Below, one piece after another: positions 51,095-62,994 of a stretch of DNA of 64,000 nucleotides. The position numbers and the translations under genes were made by a program. Numbering within the stretch: position 1 is the first letter of the stretch; every line of letters begins with the position of its first letter. The stretch covers positions 106,020,001-106,084,000 of the forward strand of contig OZ336873.1 in the NCBI GenBank assembly GCA_965287045.1, given 5' to 3'. The notes under the pieces were generated by a model. It searched no databases. It saw nothing but the letters and a program-made list of their open reading frames with translations, and was not told where the DNA came from. The stretch is from Carcharhinus amblyrhynchos. Taxonomy: Eukaryota.

Positions 51095-51365
51095 ATCATA
51101 GAATCCTACAGTGCAGAAGGAGGCCATTTGGCCCATCCAGTCTGCATTGACCACAATCCCACACGGGCTCTATCCCCATAACCCCATGCGTTTACCCGAG
51201 CTAATCCCCATGATACAAAGGGGCAATTTAGCATGGCCAATCCACCTTACTGACAGAGTTTTGTACTGTGGGAGGAAACGAGAGCGCTCGGAGGAATCCC
51301 ATGCAGATGTGAGGAGAATGTGTAAACTCGACACAGACAATGACCCAAGCAGGGAATCAAACCCG
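51095..51365 (-). mobile_element. HE1/V-SINE-like SINE, tail type A, 5' truncated at the B box
   Basis: atcatagaatcctacagtgcagaaggaggccatttggccc...tgacccaagcagggaatcaaacccg. Confidence 0.9.
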
Positions 51366-51859
51366 ATAATACATGCAGCTCCATGCCGATATTGGCTGGG
51401 TTAGTCAATGCGTTAAACTGTTTGCATAGAAGGGTACAGATCAGAGAGATCGTGAAGAGATCATGAAGAGATCAAGAATTTTTAATCATGAAGTGATACT
51501 ATATTAGCTATGTTGAGACAGGAGCATAGCAAGATATTGCACTTGACTTCAATGCCCCTGAGAAAGGGAAAATATCCAGTAATCAGTGTGCCCTGATGAG
51601 AAGTTCATGAGAATGACCATGGGGATCAGGCTTGACCTCCCTTTATAGCCAAATACTTACTTAAGATTCACAGTCTGGGCTCATACGGGTTAGTTGTACA
51701 AAGTACCAGGTGCTGGCTAAAGCCCAAAAAAACAGCAGCAGTGTTCATTACTCCAACCAAGTGTGCAGCCATGCATTTGAACATACAGTAAGATTCAAAC
51801 CAAAAGGAATCTTAATTGAGGCATAGCTGAGCCTTCATAAATTGACCTGGTGGATTTTA

Positions 51860-51962
51860 AATAATAACAGGAAGTGCTGGAATAACTCAGCGGGTCTGGC
51901 AGCATTTGTGGAAAGAAACAGTAACTGCTTCTCAAGTCCCTATATAACTACTCTTGGAGCTA
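51860..51962 (-). mobile_element. Penelope-like family P2 terminal repeat fragment
   Basis: aacaggaagtgctggaataactcagcgggtctggcagcatttgtggaaagaaacag. Confidence 0.65.
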
Positions 51963-54900
51963 GAAATTCATTCGCAATGTCATCACATGGAGGCACCTAT
52001 AATACCTACCTACAGCAAATAGCTGGATAAATTCCCACCTTCAACATTTATTTGAAATCTCTTTACAATAGATGATGGTGATTCAAATAAATAGAATGTT
52101 ACCAACAAAACTATAAGTTACCTTTATTTGGCAGCTATTTCAGGCCACTGTTTTACAGAGTCAAGAGTGTGATCAGTTTCCTGCTACGCCCCTAGCTTTT
52201 GACTTGCCATCATGGGGAAAATTTAACTGTCCATCCTACTCTATGGAAGTAGAACACCTGTTAGCCATACTATTGGAAGCTTTTCTAGCATTGGAAGCTG
52301 TAGATCGGTCTTCAGCTCAATTATCTCCTGACTAATTTATAGGAGAGGGACAGTGAAGAAGTGAGGAACCCATTCATTACAAAGTATAGACGGAGAAAGG
52401 TGAGACATGCTAGTGCTAGGGAATTAAATTTGTGTCACCTCACATCTGTTGGCAGCAACTAACGTGTTCAGGAGCAGCATAGTATGGGTCAGATGTAACC
52501 ATTCTCCATGTCTGTTTAACAAAGTGCCACTACAGTATTTGTAGCATAATGCAAGTCCTTCATATGGATTTTCAGAATGAAATTGCAGATATCACCCCAG
52601 CATGCGTTTTAATCTAAGTTATTTAGAAATGCCTCCACTGACAAGAATATCCTCTTTCTGAGCTAGATTTTGTTAAATTCCTTCATACTGAGAGGTCCCA
52701 CAGCCAGGTGTCAGGGAACACAGATCTTCATTCAGTCTACTCGCTCCACACTCCAAACAACAACTGCCCTCTCAAAGCAGTTCCCAGCCATCTCACCCAA
52801 CAACCTGTCACATGACCTGTTCCCATATAGGGACAACACCCCAACATAAATAACAGATTTGAACTTGCCCCTTGAGGATGAATGGGCAATAGTCATACGT
52901 ATTGAACAGGATCCCATAATCTCTGAACATAGCTGAGTCACAGATAACGACGTATAACTTCAGTCTTGATCAAAGTATTTTTAATATCCATTCTTCCTGC
53001 ATCAATCAAGTTGTTCTGTCATTCTTCTGTGGGTGTTTCTATTATGAATTGTTACACATTAACATCAGAAGATCCCTGAATAATAAGAAGGGCACATAAC
53101 AATTCAACAGATATTTATCAATTGATTCAGTGGTTACAGCATGAGTCTCCAATCATCAATTATCATATGAATTAACCAAACCTGACCCCTGTTGGGAATA
53201 AAGAACAAGTTATCGACCTTGCCAGAAAGACTAGTCTTTTAGATTCCCTGCTTATTCAAGTGGTATTCTGGGATCTGTCCCATTTTATTGATGGACTGGC
53301 TATGATGGATAAAATCAATCCATGCATCTAACTAACCTATCAATCCAGTGGAAACTCATGCTTTAGTCTATAATGGTCCAGTTATGAATTTGTATGTGTG
53401 CCTTACTGCTTGGTGGGGGTGTCCAAACATATTTTTGAATGGATTTCCAAGCTGGAGACTGCAGATCCCAATTGTGCCATGAGAACAATACATGAAGAAT
53501 GCTTTACTGTCCCATATTTTGTCAAATTACTGGCAACAGTATAATGTATCTAGTAAGAAAAATATTTGCCGCAATATAAGACTGCAATATTGGATAATGT
53601 TTGGACATTAGAACAAGGGGTCTGGAATTGTGTCAGTTTTTGCAAGTGTAACACATACAAAGAGACTAGTCCATGTAGATTGCTACAGATAGATAACACA
53701 GGTAAGTCATACTGCTGACTGTGAATTGCACTCTGCCTTCAAGGAAGAGGCCTTGCACATTCAAGCTGCTGGATAGTTGGTTAAATTTTAAAGTTGGAAG
53801 TCCACAGCAGCATGTGCTCTTCTTCATATATCATATACCCAGGCAGCTTACCAAACTTAGTGCTTCTTAAATTGAGTCCAGATGCTGACTCAAAGCTTTC
53901 CTGCAGAGATCATGAACCCAAGGCACAAAAGGTTGCTTCCTGGATGGAGCCTCACACCATTTGCCTTCACTGTAGTAAAGAAGCCAAAGACAACTTGACT
54001 GGATTATTTCACCATCATTTTGACATCTTTACACAGTCAGGCTACATTGTATAGGCACAATAGGAGTCATATTGCAGCATGGTAAGCTTCCAAAGACAGA
54101 AGGATTCTTCCACCATTCTGGAGACAGTCTTTGCTCTTGTTTCCAAGTGCAGTCAGGAAATTTCAATTTTTTTGCAATTTTAACTGTAGGTCTGAATTAT
54201 TATCCCTGAGTAAAGAGCCCGTAAGCCCTGTTGAGCTCAGAAACCTGCAGTAAAATAAAATGTGAGAACCTATTATGAGTATATTATTATTGTTTGATTA
54301 GAACTATTTGCAAATCAAAGTTTGACATTTTCCTCTCTTTTACCACTGCTAGATTACCTCAGTTCTAAAACAGGTACTGACAATTCAATGTAGCCTACAG
54401 TGAGAAATTTTTTTTTTTTTAATTAGACTGTGTCACAAAATCACCAAAAAGACATTATAATAAACATTTGATGCCTAGATCTCACCTGAGTAATTCATCA
54501 GTTCTTTAAAACATATCAGTGAACTCCATTATCGTTAGTCAACGTTGAGTCAAAGGGTATAGAAACTCGTTAGAATGTCTTCTTCGCAAAGAGGAGGAGT
54601 GAGGAGTGAGATGTGGGTGTGGACGATGTGCAATGGGGATTAGGAAATGTGAAATCTTGAATGGTTTCTGATAGTTCCAGGCAACTTGAGCTAATTAAAA
54701 AAAGTGTTACGGATCTTTGGTGCGACAGTAATTCATGCTGTTAGTAGATCCACTGTCGTTTCTTTGAAACATTGGCGTTTCTTGAGGACTGGAATCAGAT
54801 GCCATGTAACATAAAATGGGTGGGATTTTCCAACCCTACTGATCCGGTGCAACAGATAAGCCACACGATGATATTTCGCTTTCATTTTCTTTCTCACTTT

Positions 54901-55720
54901 CAAACTATTGCTATTTCTTTTCCTCATTCACTCTCATTTTCTTTCACCAACACCAGTTTTATTGTTGGTTAGAAAATTTACAACCTCAATCCTCTCATGT
55001 AAGCTCCATATTTTGTTTCCATCCGTGTCTGGCTTTTATTGAAACATATGCAATTATCCCACAATCTTTCAGGTTTTCTTTGTATTGAAAATGCTGTCTA
55101 TGTCTGAATATGGCATGTGAAGCCAGTGTGTAGAGAAATGGGGCTTTACAGTGAGGTAAAACAACACTCTTTTCTCAGAAGCACAAATAACAGGAGGACA
55201 AATTCTGTTTGTCTTTCTCTGAGGTGACATATACGTGCTTCAATTCAGCAATGGGCAATTATTAAAGTGTAATCACTACCGGAAGAAAAAGTATGGATTA
55301 GTTTATTTTCCAAGGTGTATAATCTTGGAATTATAAAAACGTAGAGATCAGAGGGAGGCTAATTGAGAGAAAGAAAATAATTTGAAATACATTGTCACTT
55401 TTTTTATATCCCTAATATTATCTAGATAACCATTTTGGAATGGCGCCTTGAAACAGCGAGGCTATCCCTTTATGAAGATATCCTTTGCAGGAATCTAAGT
55501 CCATTCTTCATCCTTTAAAAATTGCTGAATCTAAAACTGCATAACCTACCATGTTTGTAATTAGGTCACCCTAACTAATGGAATCTAATGTATGTCACAT
55601 CATTATATAATGATAGAACAACTAGCAATCCATAACAACCTATATAGTAGTATACGTTCTGATGTCAAAAATCAAGAGTGATGGCAAACAGAAGGATTAT
55701 AAAAGGCTTAAAGACATTGA

Positions 55721-56226
55721 CATCTCGCCAAGGCCATCCCCACACCCCCCACTACTTGCCTTCAAACAACCGTGCAATCTCAAACAGACCATTGTTCACA
55801 GCAACTACCCAGCCTTCAGGAGAACAGTGACCACAATGCCACACAACTCTGCCACAGCAATCTCTGCAAGACATGTTGGATCATTGACATGGATGCCATC
55901 GTCTCACATGAGAACACCGTCCACCAGGTACAGAGTACGTACTCGTACAACTCGGCCAACATTGTCTGTCTGATATGCTGCAGGAAAGGATGTCCCTAGG
56001 CATGGTACGTCGGCGAGTCCATGCATCGGATGAATCAACATTGTTTGACAATCACCAGGCAGGGGCGTTCCCTTCCTGTTGGGCAACACTCTCCCATTCA
56101 CCCAACGAAGAGGGGAACCTCGAAAGCTTGTAAGTTTAATATCAAATAAATCGGTTGGACTTAAACCTGGTGTTGTCAGACTTCTTATTGTGTTTACCCC
56201 AGTCCAACGCCGGCATCTCCACATCA
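55721..56226 (+). mobile_element. 5'-truncated Penelope-like element (family P1): GIY-YIG endonuclease remnant plus terminal repeat, 12-bp TSD
   Basis: PPLLAFKQPCNLKQTIV...CHSNLCKTC...NSANIVCLICCRKGCP*AWYVGES...LPVGQH (PLE linker and GIY-YIG); terminal repeat 56097-56226 with aataaa; TSD taaagacattga (55709-55720) and taaagacgttga (56227-56238). Confidence 0.9.
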
Positions 56227-56262
56227 TAAAGACGTTGAGGTTACTGGAATGTGAAGACAGTT

Positions 56263-56547
56263 AATTTTATTTATCAGTATTACATAAATAGGCTTACATT
56301 TAAGACTACAATGAAGTTACCATGAAAATCCCCTAGTCGCCACACTCTGGCACCTATTCGGATACACTAAGGGAGAATTTAGCATAGCCTATGCACCTAA
56401 CCAGTACTGTGGGAGGAAACTGGAGTACCTAGAGGAAATCCATGCAGACACGGGGGGAACATGCAGAATCCACAGAGACAGTGACCCAAGCCGGGAATCG
56501 AACCTAGGTCCCTGGAACTGTGAGGCAGAGTGCTAAGCACTGTGCCA
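56263..56547 (-). mobile_element. HE1/V-SINE-like SINE, tail type B
   Basis: taggcttacatt...aatgaagttaccatgaaaatcccctagtcgccacactc...ctgtgaggcagagtgctaagcactgtgcca. Confidence 0.9.
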
Positions 56548-57419
56548 GACAGATGGAATATGGAACTTAATGCCAATAAATCTAAGATCACATGGCTAAG
56601 AGGGTGGAGGTTGGTGGGGTGGGTGGGGTATAGTTTCTACTTTGGGCACATTTGGCAATCAAGGTGCAAATTCTGCACAAAATTGTGCTGATTTTTGGAA
56701 TGTAGTCCAGGATTCCACTCAAAACAATATGAATAGCTTAAAACGCAAAACTCTTCCATGAACCAGCATGCACCAGAATTCTTGATGTTTTCAAGAGTAA
56801 CCTGCTGCATTTTGATTAGTACAACTGAAAATGGGTTTTTCATATAAAAAATAAGCAATTTTACTGAGTGTCTAATCAACTACCTGTGGGTAACCATAAA
56901 TTTTACAGAACTAAAAATAATTTAAAACTCTACAGAACCATTTATTAGGTTTGTTGATGTATAGTCGCCAGTTTTTTACTTCATTTTCAAATATTCAGAA
57001 GCTTTTAAAATGAGCTAGTATTCCCAGGTGCCTATTTAAAAAAAAGATTAATTTTTTGGAGCTACTTTGGAAGCTCACAGGCAGATACAATTAGTGTAAG
57101 TTCACCATGGTGATTAATATGATTTGAGAACATTGCCTGGGTGCGGCTTTCCTTCAGTATGATGTTTTTAAAACTAGTGCAAAAGATGACAAAACTTGAT
57201 TTATTCTGAATGGAATTTGTGTTTGAAATTAGGTGGTCTTCTGTGGTGATTTGGTCATTTTGGGTAAAATTATGCTTGGCATACATTGAGTTTCCTCCAC
57301 TCCAATGTATTTTGGGTGAAAATCAACAAGCAGGATTTGAATAACCAGATAGGCCTACTTGTTTCAATGCATAATTCCTCAATAGAATGAACACCTATAG
57401 ATGAAGCCATTAGAAACAT

Positions 57420-57995
57420 CTATAGAATTTGGGGCATCAAATTTAGAGAATATATGGGTAAAGTAATAACGAATTTGTACAAACTATAATTTTGCCTCAA
57501 GTTAAACTATTGTGTATAGTTTTGGATACCCCATTATAGAAGAAACATTAAAACCAGGGTGTACGGTGTTGATTTACTAGAATGATGCCAGGAATGAGAA
57601 TTATGAAGAGAGACTGGAAATGCTGGGGCTAGTTGTAAGGGTAGAGAAGGCAAAGAGAACATTAAAAACAATGTTCTTAGAAACCTGAAAGTTTTCTGAA
57701 AGATTGAATATTAAATTATTATTTCCTCTAGTTATGGAGTGACTGACAAGTGGGTCATTAATTTAATATTATCAGAGTGTGGAGAGAGGTTAAATTTCTT
57801 TACCCTCATGAGTATTTGCCACAGGGCGAGGCCACAGCATATTTTAAGGGGTAATTTAATAAATATTTGAACCATGCCACAAGGGAAAGAGATGAGGGCA
57901 GTGGCATTAGTTTTGGATTGCCTCAGCAAAGAGCCAGTATGAATATAGTGAGTTGAATGGATTCTCTTTATTGCTATAAATGGAATGGTTCTACA
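57420..57995 (+). mobile_element. Old CR1 LINE 3' fragment
   Basis: tattgtgtatagttttggataccccattatagaaga (YCVxFWxPHYR); gatttactagaatgatgccagg (RFTRMMPG). Confidence 0.65.
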
Positions 57996-58039
57996 TGTGA
58001 ACTGTAAAAAAAAATTGCATCCATTACATCTAACCCTGG

Positions 58040-58310
58040 CTACAAGCATTGGATTTTCATTAATTTTTGCACATAGACCGATGAAGTCATGTTTGTTCAT
58101 ACAGGGAAGAAAATTAAATGAGTGTTCAACACAGCAGCTTTGATTCACAGTCAAACCTGTTCAATTGCAACCGCTCAAATCGTTGTCTGAAAATTAAACC
58201 AGAAAGTCTAAACAATAAAGGCAGTAAAAAATCCAGGAAGGTTTGGCATACATTAATCTTTATTTGCCCAACTTTTATGAAACGGCGTAGAATAATGGTG
58301 AATACAGTAA
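58040..58310. promoter_or_regulatory. Candidate conserved non-coding element
   Basis: Non-repetitive island between two transposons, with retained CpGs, aacaat (Sox-like), ttttatga and attaat words. Confidence 0.25.
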
Positions 58311-58316
58311 TGATAA

Positions 58317-59140
58317 GGAGCAAAAATTTCCCAGGAAAATTCTGAGCGTCATAACAGGGAGGTAACTGGAGTCTTCCATGCCAGACTTGTTGGTGAGGAC
58401 TGCGTAGTGATCTTCCGACATTCTTTCACTTTTCTTGACAATTGGAAGCCTTGGCCTGGTACAATGGTGTGGGGGTGGGGGCGTGGTTTGGGGAGATGGT
58501 GGAGGTGAACCTTCAGTGAGCTTGGGCGCAATTCTGCAGGGCGACCTCTTCCCACCTCCCTTTCACAGATATTGGACCTTCCCCTCCACCAATGTCACCC
58601 CCCCCACAGCAACATGGGTTGCTGGCATCAGGGCATCTAGTCCCTCTCGAAAGGTACCCTGGCAGACTCCTGACATGCCACTCCCCCCACCCCCTGTTAA
58701 AATGCATAGGTCTCCCGTCATAGCCCCCACTGAGACCCCAGCCCCTTGTCACTGCCCTAGCACACTTATGGTGCCCGGCTGGCATTGTCGGGGTGCCAGG
58801 TGGGTAATGTATGATGGGCATGCCTGGTCATGTCCCAGACCACCCAGGGGCTTTAATGGCCTCTACTCCCCCCCCCCCACCCCCATATGGCATGGCACCT
58901 GATCTCCACTGGTGGAGACCTGTAGCGGTTTGTGCTGGCGTGACATCTCGACGGAGAGTAGGGAAGCATCTAGGAGCAGGGAAGCATCTGGGAGCAGGGA
59001 AGTAGCAATGCTGGCTTGCTAATGATATGGAAATCAAGGCACACTGATGCTGGGTGTGAATTGGATTTTTGGCCTCTGAAACAATGTTCCCAACTCTCCA
59101 TGCTAATCGGCAGGCACGGCGAGTTGGTAAGATCGCATCC
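58317..59140 (+). mobile_element. GC-rich non-autonomous DNA transposon related to 11390-12410
   Basis: Start tttcccaggaaaattctgagcgtc...aactggagt parallels ctccccaaaaaattctaagtgcc...aactggagt; shared ggctggca(c/t)tg core; internal 18-bp tandem agggaagcatct(a/g)ggagc at about 58960-59002. Confidence 0.6.
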
Positions 59141-60339
59141 ATTATCTTACAAAGACAAACATTCTTCACAGGGTGCCGTTGCCATTTGTTATCTTCAGCT
59201 TTCAACAGGCAGCCACCAATGGGATTTTACAAACTCTTTTGTGATTAATCCAACTAAGCAGCGCTCTTGCATCATTGGCCATCCTCCTTTCATACTTCTG
59301 CTTCCTGAAGCAATTCTCATTCTTATCCAAATCTTCAACATGCAGACTTTCCTTTGCAAAGCTCCGGAAACCTGAAATTCAGAAATGCTGTTTTCCTTCA
59401 TGAGGAACTTTGGAATCCTCAGTTCCCTTTTGGCTTTTCTTGTCGAGTTATCTATAAATGCAACTTCCATATATGTTACTGCAATTATTGTTAAAGCAAG
59501 CTTTTCACAATTAGAATTTAAAGGAAGGAAAAAATAGGGCCTTTAAAAATGGTTGGGTTAAAATTCCAATAAGTGATTTGAAAATAATCAGAGATGGCAG
59601 TAATATAGTCAGGAGTAAAATTATTTATTTTACTTGATAACTGTGTCTGACTACAGACTTGTATTTTAATGGAGCAAATAAGGGAAGCAGGGAATCGTTA
59701 GTACAGAGGCAACAGTGAAGTGTCAGGCGTTAGTGCATCCAGTAGTAATTGAAATGCCAGATAATTTGAATCAGACATCTTTAAATTAAAGGAAGTGGAA
59801 TGTGGTGAATGTACTTGTAGAAGTCTTGCACCTTGAACATGCCCAACACTTTACAGATATCCCAATTAAAGTGTCACATCTTGTTATATAATGATCTTAA
59901 AACGTAGTGCGAAAGCAAGTCTACTGCTTTCTTTCTTCTGACCTGAAGTCTGAAATTTACCGGCAGTTGCAATTACCTGGATTTACTGACATTGTCCAGT
60001 TTCCCCACAGTGGGGATTAAACAGTGAATTTGAAGGGAGAAGTCCGATTTAAGCAGCGTTCCATTTTAGCAGCTAAGCATTATAATGATGCTCCAAAGTA
60101 CAGGGTTACCCATGACTCATGCTGCTCGTATGTGGGACAGAAATGTTCAGGCTGAGGACACTAAACAGGGCTGCTCTCTGCATTCAAGCACAAGACTAAT
60201 TAAATATGTACTATCTGACTTTGGGGCCAGTTTTATAAATGCTCACTATCAGAGAGGAACTTTTCCTTGAAGAATCAGGGTATCATGGACAAACTGTCCA
60301 CCAAGTACTAACCACTAACTTTTTGAGGCAGCAAATCTT

Positions 60340-60780
60340 GGGTAACAAGCCGATAATTTTCCATTACGAGTAAGTCAGTAGCTAACATGAATAATGCGTG
60401 ATACATGTAACCTGCATATGTTACACTATATTAGCATAGGAAAGATTATTGTCTTGTACATTTTGTTCCCACTGTTGTATTAATTAGATGGGGAAGCATT
60501 TCTAATTGTGTCGCACATCATGACTTGGAGCTTCCCATTGATGAGTACCCACTTTCTTAACTGTATGTTAGTATGAATGCATCACACCACTTAACACCTT
60601 GAAGGGTTATTTGACTTTATTTTTTGTGATGAAAGGAAATGTTAAGCTGCTAAATAATGCTTAATTGACAGCGCTCTTTTGCATATGCAAGCCGACTTAT
60701 TTCTTGCTAGCTTCATGGCAAAATGACTTTTCATGAAACAGAAATGCATCATAGCTTTCATTCAAAAAGCCCTAAGTTAT
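60340..60780. promoter_or_regulatory. Candidate conserved non-coding element with POU/TALE-type motif cluster
   Basis: ttaattgacagcgctcttttgcatatgcaa at 60661-60690 (TAATT, TGACAG and the palindrome ttgcatatgcaa). Confidence 0.3.
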
Positions 60781-61727
60781 TGCAAATTAAAAATTAAATA
60801 TTAAAAAGAATATATAGTGCCATTATACATGAGATACCGATGCTCTTCATGCAGCTAGAAGATGTTATTCCTTAGTTTTATCAAAATAAGTTCAGTGGCA
60901 TTGGATTGTAACCCTCTGATTCCTCATTCACAGTATATTTCCAAAGATGGCAGGGAAAAGATAAAAGATAAAATACATTTGCATTGTAAAGGCAGATTTG
61001 GGTATGTAACATTTGTCGTACAGTCCTTTTTATGATCATCAATTTTGACTACAGTGCAGATGATGTGACAGGTAGTGGGTGATTTTGTCAGCAAACACTG
61101 ATAGTAACATGACTGACAGAACCTTATTTGAGCTCCAAAAAAGTAACTTAAACATTAATGCCCTCAATACTGAAAGAGTAGTTATAATTCACCATAACTT
61201 AGTGCATTGTTCCTGAACTGCACTTGGTATTGTTTTTAATTTTTTATTCTTCCACAAGGTGTCTCATGACATAATCCAATTAGTTATGAATCATGAACTA
61301 CATTGCTGTGCTCCCATACATACAAGAACTCCTAGGTTGTACAGGGAAACACTATCTACTTTTAAAGCTGGCCCATGCAGCAAGCAAATTACTATGTTGT
61401 GGTCCAAAAGCAAAATCCTCTCTGGCTCTTTTATTTCAAATCCCTCCATTGCCTTGCTCTACTTCAAATTATCTTTTCCAGCAGTTTTCCATTCCAATGT
61501 TTTCTGGATCGGCTCAACTTTCTGGACCCAGTATTTAATGACAACACTCGTGCATCAGGAATTCTTCTTTGCAACTGTCTTGATATGTTTGCCAAAAACC
61601 TCCAGCCTTATTTGCGGCTGGGATTCTCTGGTGCCACTGAAAGTGAATGGAGTTTTGGCTGGAATACTAAATTCTTCGTGTTCACTTGCAGTGAGGCTGT
61701 CCTGGATGAGACCGGAGAATCCCACCC

Positions 61728-61973
61728 ACTATCTCTCACTGTCATCCAGCTTGGTGGGACTGCTCTCACCTGGTTCCATTCTTAGCTATTTAATTGTAGC
61801 CAGCGAATCACCATTAGTGACTTCTCCTCCTATTCCTGGATCACTACCTCCTGTGTCCTCCTATCCTTTGGCTCCCTCCTATTTCTTATATACATGTTGC
61901 CCCCTTGACAAAATCATCTGAAAACAAAACATCAGTTTTCACAAGTACATTGATGACAACCAGATCTATCTCT
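61728..61973 (+). mobile_element. L2-type LINE RT fragment
   Basis: LSLTVIQLGGTALTWFHS and LLFLIYMLP...KII*KQNISFHKYIDDNQIYL (decayed YADD motif). Confidence 0.75.
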
Positions 61974-61989
61974 GTTTTAATCTCATGTA

Positions 61990-62470
61990 GTGTTCAAACG
62001 AAGCTCGAGGGACGACGTCTCATCTTTTGATTAAATACTTTACAGCCTTCCAGACTGAACATTGAATTCAACAATCTCAAACTGTAATCTCTTCCCCCCA
62101 CTCCCCTCAATTTTTGCCCTTTTTCTTTGTGTGTTGCCATTTAATCTTGTCTTTCTCTTGCTATCACTTTTAATCGGCGCCATCATTCTGTCATTCGCAT
62201 TGCTCCCAGACACACCTTTTGTATCTTTACTCATCCCATTGCCACTCCCTTTGACCTTGGATCATCAACATTTTTGCCATTTAATTGCTCCTGCCACAGA
62301 TCTTCCTTTTTGTTCTTTTTTTACCCTGTCCTCTTTCACTTGCTACAAATCAATCACATTTCTAACCTTTTCTGGTTCTGATGAAACGTCACAGATCTGA
62401 AATGTTAAGTGTTTTTCCCTTCTCAGGTGTTGTCGAAATGGCTGAATATTTCCAGCATTTTCCTTTTTTT
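61990..62470 (+). mobile_element. Penelope-like element 3' end (family P2): GIY-YIG C-terminus, pyrimidine-rich UTR, hammerhead-bearing terminal repeat
   Basis: 62001-62087 translates as KLEGRRLIF*LNTLQPSRLNIEFNNLKL* (cf. E..LI.RL.TL.P.GLN end of PLE GIY-YIG); ctgatga at 62378-62384 and gaaa at 62399-62402. Confidence 0.85.
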
Positions 62471-62709
62471 TTAAGTCCCAATGCTTGGAGGATTTTTTTT
62501 ATCCATTTTGCACCTGTTCCAACAAATAATAACTGTGTCACGAGTATCTTGTTAGACTGTAGAAAGCCTTGTTGGATGTAGAAGACACCTGTATTTAAAA
62601 ATGACTGCTGAAGTCTTCCTCCTTTATACTGGAACTTTGAGGCAGTAATAAAATTTTCCGAATAAGACCGAGCTTTATGGTTCCTCTTTCATACAAAGCC
62701 AAGGTAATT

Positions 62710-62994
62710 CACAGAATCCCTAGAGTGCAGAAGGGCCATTCGACCCATCAAACCTGCAGTGACAACAATCCAACCCAGGGCCTATCCCCATAACTCCATG
62801 TATTTACCTGCTAATTTTCTCTGACACTGAGGGGCAATTTTACATGGCTAATCAACCTGACCTGCACATCTTTGGAGTGTGGGAGGAAACCTAAGCACCC
62901 GGAGGAAGCCACACAGAGACCCGAGGCCGGAATTGAACCTGGATCCCTTGTACTGTAAGGTAGCAGTACTAACCACAGTGCAACCGTGCCACCC
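62710..62994 (-). mobile_element. HE1/V-SINE-like SINE, tail type A (internal deletion)
   Basis: cacagaatccctagagtgcagaagggccattcgaccc...actaaccacagtgcaaccgtgccaccc. Confidence 0.9.

Noticed and set aside
59203-59372. Possible terminal exon on the minus strand (FRSFAKESLHVEDLDKNENCFRKQKYERRM...)
   Set aside because: Weak polypyrimidine tract, no recognisable homology, no partner exons
61259-61921. Longest ORF in the track (220 aa) as a host gene
   Set aside because: Starts at GTG, has no recognisable domain, and runs out of frame across a MITE-like piece and an L2 RT remnant
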